The translations under genes were made by a program, and so were the position numbers. The notes under the pieces are model-generated. The model saw only the letters and a list, made by a program, of their open reading frames with translations, was not told the DNA's origin and ran no database searches. DNA of 63,456 bases, the filler included, from Polymyxa betae A26-41 (taxonomy: Eukaryota > Protista > Endomyxa: Phytomyxea), in assembly GCA_003693705.1 (NCBI GenBank). It is 6 parts of 6 records of this genome, joined end to end, with 100 filler letters (N's around TTAATTAATTAA, not from the genome) between each part and the next. Parts side by side here need not be neighbours in the genome. Positions count along the whole stretch, not along the records: positions 1 to 31,238 come from RBZT01000731.1; 5 more parts are not named here. One strand, 5' to 3'. Numbering within the stretch: the stretch's first letter is position 1; the number at the start of each line of letters is the position of its first letter. Below are positions 12,552-25,915 of this stretch, in pieces.

Positions 12552-14859
12552 TCTGATTCTATAGTAAGCAAGTGAGCGCTCTTCGTCAAATTCCGAGATA
12601 TCAATAGGGTGGACTTGGGATAACATTTCAGCAGGCAGTATAGGAATTACAGTTGTCATCATCATGAACTGTTTAGGAACTTGTGTAATTAGTCATGGAG
12701 AAAGTTGGTAATGAAAGTGACCGGGGAATCTCTATTCTGGATTGGAGTAATCTTTGCGGCTCATGTTAACATAATTTGTTAACATGAAGGCTGATTAATA
12801 GCATGCTGTAGTCCCTGTGATGAGATTGACCATTGTCACGGTACTTACTAACCTTTTGATCATGGTTTCTGTCCTAAACTAAACATACTCTGCTATTTGT
12901 TTGCAGAAGCGTCTCCTTCATTGTCTACATCTATCAAGCCATCCATTCTGAACATCTATCGACGCAATCCGAGACGGCAGAACTGAACCTGGCCCATTCA
13001 TTTAAAGAAAGGCGACGAGCAGTGAAAGTTCCATCAGCCAAGCCTCTGTCAACTCTATAAAGAATAACTGAAGTACTTCAACCCAAAGAGGATAGAGCTT
13101 AAGCTTCTTGTACACCTTCGTGGCGGCGAACCTTTCGAAAATGTTGTACTGGACCATCAGTGCTGACAGATCCGGAATTGTTATTGTTGATAGGTACAAT
13201 CAGGACGAGCAATTTTTGGCCTCTTTGACGTATCCGCTGAACAATTCGCAAAGATCGCCGCGTTTCTCTCCTGGTCGTAGGACGACATCGGTGCGCTTGA
13301 GTAGTTTCATATCCCAGGACCGACCTGAATTGCTCAAGTTCTGCTGTTTTGCATTGAATCTCTATGATAATTTCGGTGGAATCTGTCAAAACATGGACGT
13401 GTTTTCGATGCAAACGATCCTCAACATTCAGTGTATGATCACTATATGGAAAATCAATCATGCTCGCATGTATAAGTTTCCGGGTTGTAGGCTCCAATCG
13501 GGGGTCGAGTATGACGAATTTCCTGCTCCATTGCTAACCCCCAAAACGCATAGATTCATGATATCCAATGCCAAAATCCGGGATTCACTATGATACGTTA
13601 TCGACAATATTGAAAAAATACAGAAGGTGGATCCATTTGTCGACTTTAAGCGTAATCTTCGCGGCTTGAATAACAGTCTGCAACAAAACCCTAGCCCTTC
13701 ACTGAAACAATGAATAAACTTTGCCCAGCTTTAATAGCAGGTTGCATCTTTACCTCAAAACAACAATGTTCACCCTAACCCTGAAATACGATGATTTCGT
13801 CTCCTGGCGATTCTCCGACTGCAGCTGTTTGATACGTTTTTTTGAAGCAGCGGCTTTCGCCAATCTCGGTTGTGATCCAGTTATTCGGTACCTTTTGGGC
13901 TAGATCGGAAACAGCTCTGAAATTGATCGTGGCCTTCACGCATGCAGATTGCAAATTCGAAAGCATGATCTGGGATTTAGCTGCGAGCCAGAACTAGCAG
14001 AAACAATCACCCTGGCCTTCAGCACAGACCAGCCCAAAGTAACTTCACAACGTCCTTTGCTCATTCTGCCACATTATTACACTGTTTTATTTTGGCACTG
14101 TGTTCGTAAGTTTGAAAATTTTACTGCCGACTTTTGATACTGGATAAAAGACAAAGTGACATACAAATCCAATCCAGCTCAATGATGGAATTGTCTCTGC
14201 AGAAGATGCCCGATGGAAAAGCCGGGAAAACAATTATCTCAAATTTGAAGCAGAAAGGTCGAATTCAGGGACTGTAGCAGGTCATGCTGGCCTCTCAATT
14301 ACCGGAATCATGCGTTACCCGCCGCTCGAAAGCGGCAACTCAGTCGATCGAAGATTCTCCGTCAATACTCGATTACGATATTTTGACAGGCGGAAGCAGC
14401 ATCAAAAGCAGTATGAAAGTCTCAGACTTTCAGCAAAAGCAAGCAAACCCAGCATGATGAATCGTTCTTGATGAATCTCTCCCTGTTGCTACATACAAAT
14501 AGCCTTTGGGACTTTTGCAACTTTTCTGAAAAACGCAACCGAAAAAATATCGCCAAAATAGAGATCATTTTAACAATGTAATATTTTTTAGAGTCGGGGA
14601 GGGCTGGAAATCTTGGCGTTGAAGGAAAAGCGGCGTCTTTCACACACCGATCACGCCCAGCCTCGTTCCCGCCCTTACAGCAGACTGCAAATCTCCAACC
14701 AGCGCCTTCTCTTTGCCAGCAAACCCTAATCTCGGACACTGACAGAGTCATCGACCGAACGCCACAATCTTGTCAGGTCGGAATCGCGGTGCCGAGCCTC
14801 AAGTTCCAGGGTGTCGTACTGGCCGATACGCCCCGACTCTCCCCGAATCGCTCGCCAAA

Positions 14860-15747
14860 ATGCTTCGTCACCTGAGCCGCATCGTCGACTTCCTGTTCGA
14901 CGACTCGGCGTCGCGCGACTTGGAGCTCGTCGTCAGCGGCGTCCCATTCCGCGGCCACCGCGCCGTACTGGTCCCCGTCAGCGGCTACCTGGAACGGTTC
15001 GTTCGATGGCCCAGCGACGCCGGCGGCGGCGACAGCAGCGTCCGGATCGAGCTGCCCGCGATCGCCGTGCCCGAGGCATTCGCAGACGGCGACGACTTTC
15101 GACGTCGTACCGGCCCGTTCTGGTTCGAGCTGTACCTGAAGATGGTGTACGGGCGGTACCGGCCCCGGTCGAAACAGCGCGTCGGCGATCTGCTCGCCAT
15201 CGTCCAGGTCGCCGATTTCATGATATCGCCGTCAATCGTGACGATTTGCGACGAGCATCTGAGCGCCTCCTGCGCCTTCGGACCCGCCGACGCCCTTCAC
15301 GTCGTCCGATTCTGTCAGCGGTACGCGCTGCCGAAGACGGCGACGCTCGCCAAGCAGCTGGTCGCCGATCATCTCGCCGACCTGCGCCATGACCCGTGCC
15401 TGTACCAGGTCGAGCTGGCCCTGTTCGCGGAGATCGTCCAGCTGTGTCATGATACGTCGTTGTGGCCCTTCTGGATTATTCTGTGCTATGGCGCGGGCGA
15501 CGTTCCTGTGAATGATTTCGTCTGCAAAGTCCTGCATATCGACGATCCGGAGACGGCGCGTGTGTGCCGCGAATTGGTGGCCGGCGTCAGTCGGCGTTGG
15601 CCGATTCTGACCATCGATCGTATTTATAAACATTTGCGAAGACGTGAGGTGAGGATCGGCGGCGATTGTGCGTTCTTGTATCAGGTTATCGCTGAGGCGT
15701 ATTATGCAATCCGAGCACATTCGTGTAAGCAGATCGGAACCGTTTAA
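14860..15747 (+). CDS. BTB/POZ (BTB-BACK-like) domain protein, intronless
   Basis: DLELVVSGVPFRGHRAVLVPVSGYLERF and LLAIVQVADFM...ICDEHL are BTB hallmarks. First ATG is at 14860; the ORF-track start at 14770 is TTG. Confidence 0.85.
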   Translation: MLRHLSRIVDFLFDDSASRDLELVVSGVPFRGHRAVLVPVSGYLERFVRWPSDAGGGDSSVRIELPAIAVPEAFADGDDFRRRTGPFWFELYLKMVYGRYRPRSKQRVGDLLAIVQVADFMISPSIVTICDEHLSASCAFGPADALHVVRFCQRYALPKTATLAKQLVADHLADLRHDPCLYQVELALFAEIVQLCHDTSLWPFWIILCYGAGDVPVNDFVCKVLHIDDPETARVCRELVAGVSRRWPILTIDRIYKHLRRREVRIGGDCAFLYQVIAEAYYAIRAHSCKQIGTV

Positions 15748-17488
15748 TTTGGATTTTCTGAGTTCTCTCGGCATAGGTCCATCCATTGATAATTATGCAT
15801 TTAGGTATTAATACCATTATTGATACAAAAATCTACCAAATATCATAAGTTCATTGTTAAGATCCATTTCTGTGAAATTTATCGCGAGATCTCTGTTAAA
15901 CACCCACGATTTTCAGTTTTCAATTGATAGTATTTGCTAAGTCTATCGGAGCATCCACATGCTGTATCGCGAGCAGAACAAGATCTTCACACAGTCTAAC
16001 AGCAGCAGGTCGGCTTTGCTACGATGCTGTCAAGCACAGCAAGAACTGTGGTCGCCCCCGGTCCTGCGAAACAATCACCACAAGACCCCGCCCTCTGCTG
16101 ACAAAGAGAGTAGAGAGTGGCTGAGCTTCATGAACGCCACATTGTCAACTTAGATAGGGGAGGCCACGCCTACAGAAGACAGGCCGCGCCAAACGCTGTC
16201 AAGCGATTGGTCTAGTGAGTAGTGACTGTACTAGGGTTTGTCTGTCAAGCGATTTTACTAGGGTTTGTCTCTCTCGTTTTCACCATCAGGTGATATCTTG
16301 CAGATCGTATTGGGACGCCAAAGGCGATCACGTGACTCGGGAAAGATGCTCAAGGTTGGGATCGGATCACTCCTGACACTCTAGGCCATGAAGCCCTATC
16401 AGCTTTGTTAGACCTGCGAAACGGCTGGAAGCTTGGAAGTTTTGATTGCTCAATCTATTCTCAATGTGGTCTTCTGTCATTTTAACCTTTTCGAATTATT
16501 GAACTTCAGCCCAGAAATTTCATCTTGATGTCTCTCAAGTTTCTATATCTTTAATTGTTAGCGGATGTGAATGTCAATGCTGCTTAAGCTTGCAGTCATC
16601 TTTATAGTCCTGTGTCGTTGCTAAAATCCAATGAGAACTTGAAATGAAATACAGGTGGCTGAGTCTCATATAAGAGCAATCATCTCAAGCAGCTGTGGGC
16701 CTGCTATGTGCCCTTCTCGGACATCGTTTTGTTTGTTGTGGAGAAATTTCCATAGACTCCCTCGGAAGAGATCATGTTCACAACTGATGGCAATTCCCGA
16801 CGCAAACGAAAAATAAAGAACAGAATTTTTTGTATTCTGTTGTAGCGGCCATTATTGATTTTCAAATAATAAGCCATTTCATGTATATTGGCTGTCAATT
16901 CGAAACAAAAGGACTTCTTGAGACCAACTGCTTTGACAGCGATCGCTGAACGTATTGCTTGGAAAGATTCTTAAGCAAAGAAGCATGAAATGCATATTGC
17001 GACTCAACCGTTAATATTCAAGTGGCCAAAAGCAAAATAACATCAAAACTTCGCTATAATGAGCCTCGAACACCTGTCAGATGCTTTGCGAAGTTGCCAG
17101 CTTGGATTGTTTCAAGCTGTAATGAATCGAAGAAAACGAGACTTCTTGAAAAAGTCTCGAACTTTTTTCGATTCGAGATACGCAGTTTTTCGACTTTTTC
17201 TCACTGGGCCAGCCAATAGTAAACGAGCAGGCAGGCAGGAAGAGGTTGCGCCGTCAAGGTTGCGCCGCGGTTTGATCTGTGCAGACGCAGCCTCGCCAAG
17301 CTATGTGTCTCGTGTCCCCTTCCGAACACTGGACGTCTCTATCTCTATCTATCTCCTCCCGAATTGCTTTGGTTGTCTCGCCGCTTTCTGGACGACGAGC
17401 GCTGCGATATTTAGCAAGCGTACCCAAGGTCGGTCCGCAGGGGTACCTGAACTGATCCATAGCTGATTTGAGTGCAGAACGGTGAGCA

Positions 17489-18513
17489 ATGCAGAGCGTG
17501 AAATGTGTGGTGGTTGGAGACGGTGCCGTCGGTAAGACGTGCTTACTGATCTCATACACGACGAATGCCTTCCCGGGAGAGTACATCCCGACCGTCTTCG
17601 ATAACTATTCGGCCACGGTATGCTTTCGGACGCCCAAGGCTGCTTTAGGCATCTTGGCTTTACGGCTTCGTTTTCTTCTTAGTTCAAGCCTCTGTTCTAT
17701 TGCAGTTTGAAGTTCCTTTATCTTCATATATCATAATTTCCGGTTTTCCGATTTACAATCGTTTAAGATTCCATTTAGCACAAAGAGTTTACACTCTCTT
17801 CTGAATAGCACTATTTTTTTACGCCTTTTGCCCTTTACATCTTTATCTTAAGACGTGGCTTGCATTCTGAACGATTTATCGTTGTTTTGCTTCAATTCGC
17901 CACGCAAGAGAATTGTCCTTTGGCGATCACTTAGATTAACGGTGCATTAGGTGATGGTTGATGGCAGGCCAATCAACGTAGGGCTTTGGGATACCGCCGG
18001 TCAAGAAGATTACGATCGTCTTCGGCCTTTGTCCTACCCACAGACGGATGTATTCCTGCTATGCTTTTCTATCATTTCGCCTGCTTCATTTGCTAACATT
18101 TCATCTAAATGGTAACACTTCTTCACTCATGCTTTTCCACTTTCGAAAATTGTTTTTTTTTTCTGATGTTTGCCCTTTCTGAACAATATTTTCTTTAGCT
18201 TAGGCTATGCTGCAGAAAACTTATCTCTTACAGGTATCCTGAGATTTTGCATCACGCTCCACATGCTCCCAGAGTCCTGATTGGTACAAAATCGGATCTT
18301 CGTGGTGACGCTGCCGTTGCCAATTCCCTGGCACAGAAAGGGCTGTCGATGATCACGCGAGAGCAGGCCTTAGAAATGGCTCGTAATATCGGAGCCGTTG
18401 AATACCTGGAATGCAGTGCGTTGACGCAAGAAGGCTTGAAGACCGTCTTCGACAGGGCCATCCACGCTGCATTAAATAAGCCCAAGAAGAGCAAGAAATG
18501 TGACCTATTGTGA
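17489..18513 (+). CDS. rac1: Rac-family Rho GTPase, 3 exons (17489-17617, 17951-18111, 18234-18513), 189 aa
   Basis: [49 protein letters not shown], polybasic tail and CDLL CaaX box; GT-AG introns in phase. Confidence 0.96.
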
Positions 18514-21500
18514 ATATCATCATATTTGCAACTCTCCCTTCCCACTCGAATTGATTTTATACACAAATAACTGTAACGACTATCTTCGCCATGGCTCTCT
18601 TTCACCTTACGATTTTAGCTTGCTTTGCTCTATTTGCCAATCAGGCGTGGTAAACCAAAAGACCATTCCAAAGCTTTGTATTACAAATTCAAATCCTTGT
18701 ATGCATTCATTATGTAGAACCAAAACTAATCGGAAATGCTAAAACTATTCTCAAAAGATCACTAAGCATAAGACCAGGATCAAACTTTTAGCATCTCGAT
18801 TGGTGAAAAAAAGCGAATACAGGTCCTGCGAGCTTTGAACTTCTTAGTTAGCCTTTATGCTAGAGAAAATGCATCAAGGATTTTCATTATCGCCAATCGA
18901 GACGAATCAGCTTCATCAAACTCTGAGCAGACACATTTGCGATATCTAAGAAAAGTCAGCTCGTGCTCGACCATGAAAGCCTGCCATTTGGGTCGCCATC
19001 CCACTTGTCTTGAATCGTCCAATAGAAAGAGCATTGCTTTAAATGCATTCATCGTTCAGCAGGGCTTGCAAGGATCCGAAAGGCTCTCATCTTGGTCGCT
19101 ATTCGAACTTTGCGATTTCGTCTATTACACGAGCGTTTTTCTAAAGGCATTTCGTCGCTAATCTACCCGCCTCTGAAAGTCGCCATTCCAATCCAACGAA
19201 CTCACTATAGCAAAATGAATATTAATAGACAATGCATTGAAAAAACCGTTGTTGTAAACACAAATCATCGTTAAGCTGAGCTTGCGCGGCTCAGAAAAGA
19301 CTTGTTTTGCCTGCCTAACCTCGACGACCATCAGCAGCAACATCTCGTAGGGTCCACCATGGCTTAGCAAGAAGCATTGTTCTATGCATTTTTCGTCGCT
19401 AAAAACAGCTTGCCAGGGTCTCTTTCCATCTGGGGCGCTCGACCCGGCTATAAAACCCATCAGCCAGGATAGACAATGGCTTACAAAGGAGCAATTCTAT
19501 CTTGTCGTTAAACAGGGTCTGTCCAGCTCTGAAAGCCTTCCATCAGGGCCATCAGCCCAGCGTCGACGACTCGATTATCATCTCCCAGGCTAACCAAAGG
19601 CATTAAAGGAGCCATGCCCTACAATCATTTCGTCGTTAAGCAGGCCCTGCCCGGCTAGGAAATCGTTCTATCGGGGTCGCCCCCCGACCTCGACGAATCG
19701 GCAACGACATCATCAAACTAAAAGATAAACAATGGCTGAAAATCACCGTAACTTCTGACTCTATTGAGGAGAAAGATTGAATATTTCTGTTGCAATTTAA
19801 GAAATGTCCAAAGAAAGAGCCAATCATTATGATTCTAATGCGAGATTTCAATGTGATATTTTTGAAGTTTATTGCAAAAGGGGTTTCTATTTACCATTCT
19901 GAAATATGAATGAAGTGATGGAACGAGATCGGTGGTGATCTACTCCAACGAATTCAAAACGCCATAACACAAAGGCAATAAACAGTGAATTGCTTCGGTT
20001 TATGGCAGAATCACACCAGCGATAAAGACGACGTTATTAGCGTCTTATACCTGCTGATGCAGCACGTTCGCGAGCAGATCAGACATCGCCAGGTCAATGA
20101 TGGCGCCGCGTCCTTCGCCATCAGGCCCCGTCTTTGCCAGCATCGAGATCGCCTCCGAAGGGAAGGCGCCTCTGTGTATCAGCCAGCATCTTCTCCCGAT
20201 CCGATGATAGTCGCTGGGGTCATAATAAATCTAACAGACGTCGTAGTCGCGCCCAAACCCTAAACCCTATCCGGTAATTGATAACCTCAGAGGATCGAAG
20301 TCACGAATCGTCTCGGCCGCGAAACTTCGGAGCAGCAATCCTAAACTTAGCGATAGCCGAATCGTTTGTAGTACGACAGGACCGGCTGCCTCGTAAAGCA
20401 TTCAGAAGCGGAGACCGCCTGAAACGGGGGGGGGGGGCAGTACGGTCCAGCAGTGGCGCCAACGCAACAGCGACGCCTCCAGCAAGCGAACTTCGGAGCT
20501 GCGCTGATGGCCATAGAGGGCCAGATTCTTGGTGGCGAATGCCAGCAGGGATCGATCGCGGATCGGATAGCCATCGGTCCGCAGGGTGATCGATCTGCAG
20601 TCGCCTGGCGTCACGTAATGTAACGACAGCCACGTTACGATCGACGAAGTCGAATCTGGCGACCGGCTCGATTTGCAGCGGGAAATTCGGGAAACGGGCC
20701 GCCGGTGAATGTTGGATTTCGATCCGATCCCTGCCGGTGTGTCAGATCACACAACAACCCTAAAACCCTAGACCCAGAAAACGTCAGACCAGAATGACCA
20801 TTTGCAACATCAGGCATTTGGTGATGAGAAAAGCGAAAATTGAAAGCTGAATGATCTGGGATTCAGTACCGCTTCTGCCAACGGCAGGAAAAAATTTCTG
20901 TTGTCGATCGTGATAGTTGTGCTAGATTAGGATGGCTGAGTTAGGATATAGAGAGCTGGCGTTATTCTTTCCATACTCTTTCCATTCCTTGATGAAGAGC
21001 CTGGAGAATGGCTTTATCACCGATATTATAAAAAAGGAGCCCAAGGTATCGTTTGACATTTGGTGTATATATCCAGTTCCTCTGCGAATATACTTTTGAT
21101 GTATCCGATAATGGCGGAGTGAATGCAGATAATCGTTCGATAGTCGGTTTAGAGATGCTTGACAAGTTGAATAGCAACAGCAACGAAATAGACGAGAAAT
21201 GTCGATTTATGAGTTCAGAGCAATATCGAATCTTCGAAGCCGTTATGCAAGCATGAAGGGTCATTCAGTATAGATTTCGCGATCTCTTGTGAGAGGGCTT
21301 CGTTTTAAGGTGATTGGTTTTAGCATAGATCGTAGTAACAATTGACTAAAGAAAAGTACAATGAGAATCTCCAAATATTCTTCTGCAAACGCGATAGCCT
21401 CCTGAAGTAAATCTTCAAGATGATACTTTCGTTTGATCTAGTTGTTAGATATGCTTCAGGTATGTCTGAAGCAGAGTACGTGGATTGTAATCGGCTAAAA

Positions 21501-22054
21501 AGTGAAGATTGTAGAAGACAACAAGGCTTGAAATATCTTCAAAAAAAAAAGAATTCGTGCATTCCATGCAGATCTGCTTGCAGGGTGAGGTTTATGAGCT
21601 GGACGAGGACCTCAAGACCGTTGCCGATAAACCTTCATTCTGCCACTGAGGATGGTATTCTAAGAGAAAAAAATCAGTACAGCTTCCGTCCTTGTGTAGA
21701 GCGTAAGCCTTAGGCAAGAGAAATTTTCATATCATCATCGGCAAGAGAAATGGATTCGGGGGAAAAGAATATTCGCATCGCTTTCACTGCAGGATTGATC
21801 GTGGTTGCAGTCAGCAAGCTAGTAGATACATAAAAGAAGCGCGACAGTTTTCCTGAAGGGAGCGCTCGGTTTCGGTTTCGATCTCACAATTGCAGATACG
21901 ATTCAAGCAATGTCTTACTAGAAGATGGTCGTATCGGCCAAGCGAAACTTCCCAATCAAAGTCCATTTGCGCTTCTGAAGGCGTGGTCTTGCGCGAGTTA
22001 CGAGTTTTTGCATCCAATAGGAACACGAAACTAGATGAAGGAGACCAAAAAGGT

Positions 22055-22987
22055 TTAATTTCTGGTAGATTGAGGATCGGATGAAGAGCCCGCGTCATCA
22101 GCGGCAAGATTGACTGTTTCTTGCTTGGCGAGCAGCATCTGCTTGATGGACAGCGCTAATGGCGATGCCAACTTCGATTCTTTCGTATTCAGAATATATG
22201 AATCAAAACCTGAGAGCAACAAATCTCAGAGCGAATTAAAGGGAATATAAATCAAGTTGAGTTGAAACGAGCAAAAATGAGTGATAAAAAGAAAAAAAAA
22301 CGCAAACGAAGCCTCAAGAGTTGGATGTCGCAATACTGAAAAAGATCAAGGCTTTTCTGTTTAAACTGATGTATGGTGAAAATCCGGGAAAGCAGTAGCC
22401 GAAAGCTGAAAAGCAAAATCGTTGGAAAAACCGTGAGAAGGGAAAAAAGTATAAAAGAAATGAAAGTTTGATGCAACAAGAGCAATATTAAAGGAGAACA
22501 AAGAGAGTATGCTTTTGACGAAAGCTGGGAATTGGAAAATCGTGAATCAGAAAATAGCAAAATGCAAAGGTTGAGTGAGCTTCAAAAAGTAAGAAAGACG
22601 AAGGTTTAAAGCAACTAAAACGAGACGAATTTCTGCTTGTGTTGATGAAAGTTGAGAAACCGGGAGAGCGTGAAAAATAAAGCTAACAAAACAGCTAAAA
22701 TTTTGAGGAGTGGAGAGCATCGAAAGTCAGGAGAGACGCAGAAATGTACCTCCAGATTTATCGATGCATCGCAGGACGTGTGTTGTCATACGAAGGCGAA
22801 GACTACGCCCAAGCAGGTCGGACCAGATCCGTTTCTGCTGGACGTTCGGGTTCCAGCAGCGACGCGTCTTGCGCTGCGAATGGCTGACATTGTTGCCGAA
22901 CATTTTCTGGCGGCCGCCGTACAAGGCCCTGGCCGCCCGGCCCGGCATCGCCCGGGTCATCTCCATCAGCGATCGTAGCGACGACAT
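22055..22987 (-). CDS. Mitochondrial ribosomal protein bL28m, 2 exons (22987-22750, 22209-22055)
   Basis: LYGG...FGNNVSHSQRKTRRCWNPNVQ...LRCIDKSG|GFDSYIL is the L28 signature; the intron is phase-consistent. Confidence 0.9.
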
Positions 22988-23491
22988 TGTGATATGACGG
23001 ATGATAACAGACCATGATCTCGTCACCCCCAACCTTCCACTCGCGCACATTTTACAGCGCCACTTAAACCCGAGTTTCCCATTTCAATTTCTGCGGTAGT
23101 GTTTTCTCAATTTTTCTGACATGGGCCGTCAGCAACGCTAATTGCGCAATTTACTGCGCTCCTAAGAGACTGGTCCAAGTAAAAACGCGGTTCCGCAATT
23201 TACTAAACGAGCCAGTCAGATTTCGACCCCTGAAATTCCGTGGCGCTATTTTTTAATGGATCCCTTCTGTGACATTCAATCTAAGATATGAATTTGCTCC
23301 TTCCATAAATCTCTGATGGCGTCTCGATCGGCTTGCCGTTGCTGTGTTGGGGAAAGACCTAATTCAGCTCGCTATAAAAGTCAACCTCGCAGAAAATCTC
23401 TAGAATTGGAAAGTGTCGAAACACAGAATATGAAAGCTGCTTTTGAAGTAAGGTTTGAGTATTTTTTATTTTTTCAGATTCAATTGGCAGT

Positions 23492-24256
23492 TCAGCTTCC
23501 CGTCCAGACCGATTCGCATTTCGGACATGTCGGGATGCGAAAGAACGGGCTCAGATTCAGCTCGAGCTGCGCGCGCATACATTTACGATGCACAGCCTGG
23601 CCGCAGTTGCACTGGACCACGGCACGGCCATCCCACAGCATGCCGCTGCAGAACGGACACGGACCCGTGAACACGTCCCTGCAGACCGGGCGTACTGGCC
23701 CAGGGTCGCGGCTCAGGTCCTTGACGCAGCGCTCGAAGTCCAGGCGATCGAGTTCGTCGCACGTGAATCCGTCGCCAAAGCATTGCAGGAACCGCTGAGC
23801 GTCCTGGGCCCAGGCGCGGCCCGACCCGGGCCGTACTCGCCCCTGTTGCAGGTCCCAGCACGCTCGCAGGTCCGCGTACAGCTTGCGGATACGATCGCAG
23901 AGCAGCGGCCGGAGCTGCCTGAAGACCAGGTCCAGGACGATGTGAATGCGGCGGCTGCGCACGAATCGAATTCGGTCCAGAGCCAGGCTGACGTCGTCGA
24001 GATGGTCGGCGCTGGCGCTCAGGCGCTTGTGGGCCAGTATGGTGATGTGCTCGCATTGGCGGCGAATGGTTTTGAGACGGTATCGGGCATAGGCGGTAAC
24101 ACAGCGCGGCAGATACGGGTGCTTGCAGAAGCGATCGAGTGCGCGGTAGCGTGCGGCGGACAGGCCGAGAGCCAGCGAGAAGTCCGCGAGCGGCCTGGTC
24201 GGGTCGTCGTTGTCGACGAGATTCGGGAGGTCGTCGAGAATGGAGGCGAAAAACAT
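23492..24256 (-). CDS. Protein with C-terminal RING-type zinc finger (putative E3 ligase)
   Basis: CPFC...CNCGQAVHRKC...CPKCESVW pattern at the end of a GC-rich 254-aa ORF. Confidence 0.75.
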   Translation of the reverse strand: MFFASILDDLPNLVDNDDPTRPLADFSLALGLSAARYRALDRFCKHPYLPRCVTAYARYRLKTIRRQCEHITILAHKRLSASADHLDDVSLALDRIRFVRSRRIHIVLDLVFRQLRPLLCDRIRKLYADLRACWDLQQGRVRPGSGRAWAQDAQRFLQCFGDGFTCDELDRLDFERCVKDLSRDPGPVRPVCRDVFTGPCPFCSGMLWDGRAVVQCNCGQAVHRKCMRAQLELNLSPFFRIPTCPKCESVWTGS

Positions 24257-25411
24257 GCTGAGGGAAACGAAGCGATAGTGAAATGAACGTTCGGGTTCGA
24301 AGGGGTCACCCCATGGGGTCGAATGGGGTCGTCCGAGCCATAGAACAGGTTGTGGAGAAGGATTCGGTTTGGTCAGCTGGTCGCTGTATTTTCCGAATCT
24401 TTGAGGCCGAAATGACCTCAGCGTGTCTTATGGACTCGAATGGATCAATTGTCCGAATGGAAAAGAATCCTGCTTAATTGCAAGGCCGTGGCGGCAGCCC
24501 TTCCACCGGGTATGGCTGCTCTCTGCCTGCCGGGGTCTGATGCAACCGTATTCGACTTGCGGCGAGGAATTGCGTTCGGCGGGGCCTCTCCAATGTTCGA
24601 GTTTTATGATTGAAGAAGAATTGTGACGGGCGTTCATCGTAGCGGAGATCTTCAATTCTGAAAAACAAGGCCACAAAATTGATTTAGATAGAAGCAATTG
24701 AATTAAGTGCAAAATTGAATCTGAATGAATCGATTTCTATAGGGTGAAAACTAACTCCTGATTTCAGGCCGCCCTATTGCAACAACAGATATGGCGAGGC
24801 TGTGTCTTAGAGATTTTTAAAGCCTAGAACGACAGACGATTCTCAATTTGTCTTCGTAATACAAATCTTGTTTCGTTGTATACGGATCTCAGAGCTGAAT
24901 TTCTTGCCTGTTTTAACAACAATAGTGCTGATTCAGTTGGGAGGTGTCTGGCTTGGAAATGATTCGTGACAAGACCCTATTTTCAAAGTTTTCCTTCCAA
25001 GACAGCTAAGCTGGTGTGAGATAGAAATTTTAGAGAAATGGTCCCGTTTGAGTGGAGGGGATTTCAACTGGATTGAATATGTATCACAATACAATTCGAA
25101 TTTTCTGCCTGCTTATTGGCATGATAAAGTGCTTAGGACGCCGGGCTACTATATCGTGTTCAAATCTGAATAAGCCAGCCATCTAGCTATCTTTTCGTCA
25201 GTTGCTCATACACCTATGAGCCTTCATGCTGAATTATAAATCTGTCCATTCTTTTCATCAAACAAGGGTTGCCGTATAGTTATAACAGAAGAACCATAAG
25301 CTGTATTTCAAAACTAAGGGTAGGTCTTGTAGTGATTATTGAGATTCTTGAAGTAAAAAATTGGGTTGGAAAAAAAAACAGGTTTGATGCATTAGATTCA
25401 TCACGTCATTC

Positions 25412-25600
25412 TCAGAGTCGTGGGCATAGGCAATCTTTTCTTTTGAATCGGCACCACCAGCATCTCCATTTTATATATTTGTTGGGATTCATGCAGATCT
25501 TGTGGCCGCCTGGACGCACTGCAGTGGATTCAGCAGGCTGAGCAGCGACGATGGAGAGCGCGATCATGGCCAGCAGTATGACCAGGTAGTGCTTCATCAT
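25412..25600 (-). CDS. Small secreted cationic Cys/Trp-rich peptide
   Basis: Signal peptide MKHYLVILLAMIALSIVAA followed by a ~42-aa mature part ending KICMNPNKYIKWRCWWCRFKRKDCLCPRL; exact start ATG uncertain (25612, 25600 or 25597). Confidence 0.7.
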   Translation of the reverse strand: MMKHYLVILLAMIALSIVAAQPAESTAVRPGGHKICMNPNKYIKWRCWWCRFKRKDCLCPRL

Positions 25601-25681
25601 GATGACCACCATGACTTCTTCGGCTTGGGATTGCCTTACACTTACAGTGGGGGCAGCCCCAGTACCCTACCATGACATGGT

Positions 25682-25915
25682 GCACTGATGAAGAATGTGC
25701 GTAGAAGGTTCTCGTGGAATACGCATTGATGAACAATGTGCGTAGAAGGTTCTCGGGGCACTGATGAAGACTGTGCGTTGAAGGTGCTCGTGGAATACGC
25801 ACTGATGGACAATGTGCGTAGAAGGTTCTCGTGGAATACGCACTGATGAAGAATGTGCGGAGAGGGTTTTCGTGAAATGCGCACTGATGAAGAATGTGCG
25901 TTTAAGGTTCTCGTG
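25682..25915. repeat. Tandem array of 6 x ~41 bp
   Basis: Unit GCACTGATGAAGAATGTGCGTAGAAGGTTCTCGTGGAATAC starts at 25682, 25723, 25758, 25799, 25840 and 25881; no spacers. Confidence 0.93.

Noticed and set aside
10732-14400. Fragmented ORFs suggesting decayed genes or TEs (similar ones at 18835-19600, 26600-27500, 40500-42200, 51560-53040)
   Set aside because: No family motif could be recognised by eye.
23316-24309. Long overlapping ORFs in several frames over the RING gene (similarly over BTB and 49114-49632)
   Set aside because: Expected shadow ORFs of GC-rich coding DNA, with no motifs.
25682-25915. CRISPR-like appearance of the 41-bp array (and the 42-bp array at 29674)
   Set aside because: Units are head-to-tail without unique spacers, no cas genes are present, and the context is eukaryotic.
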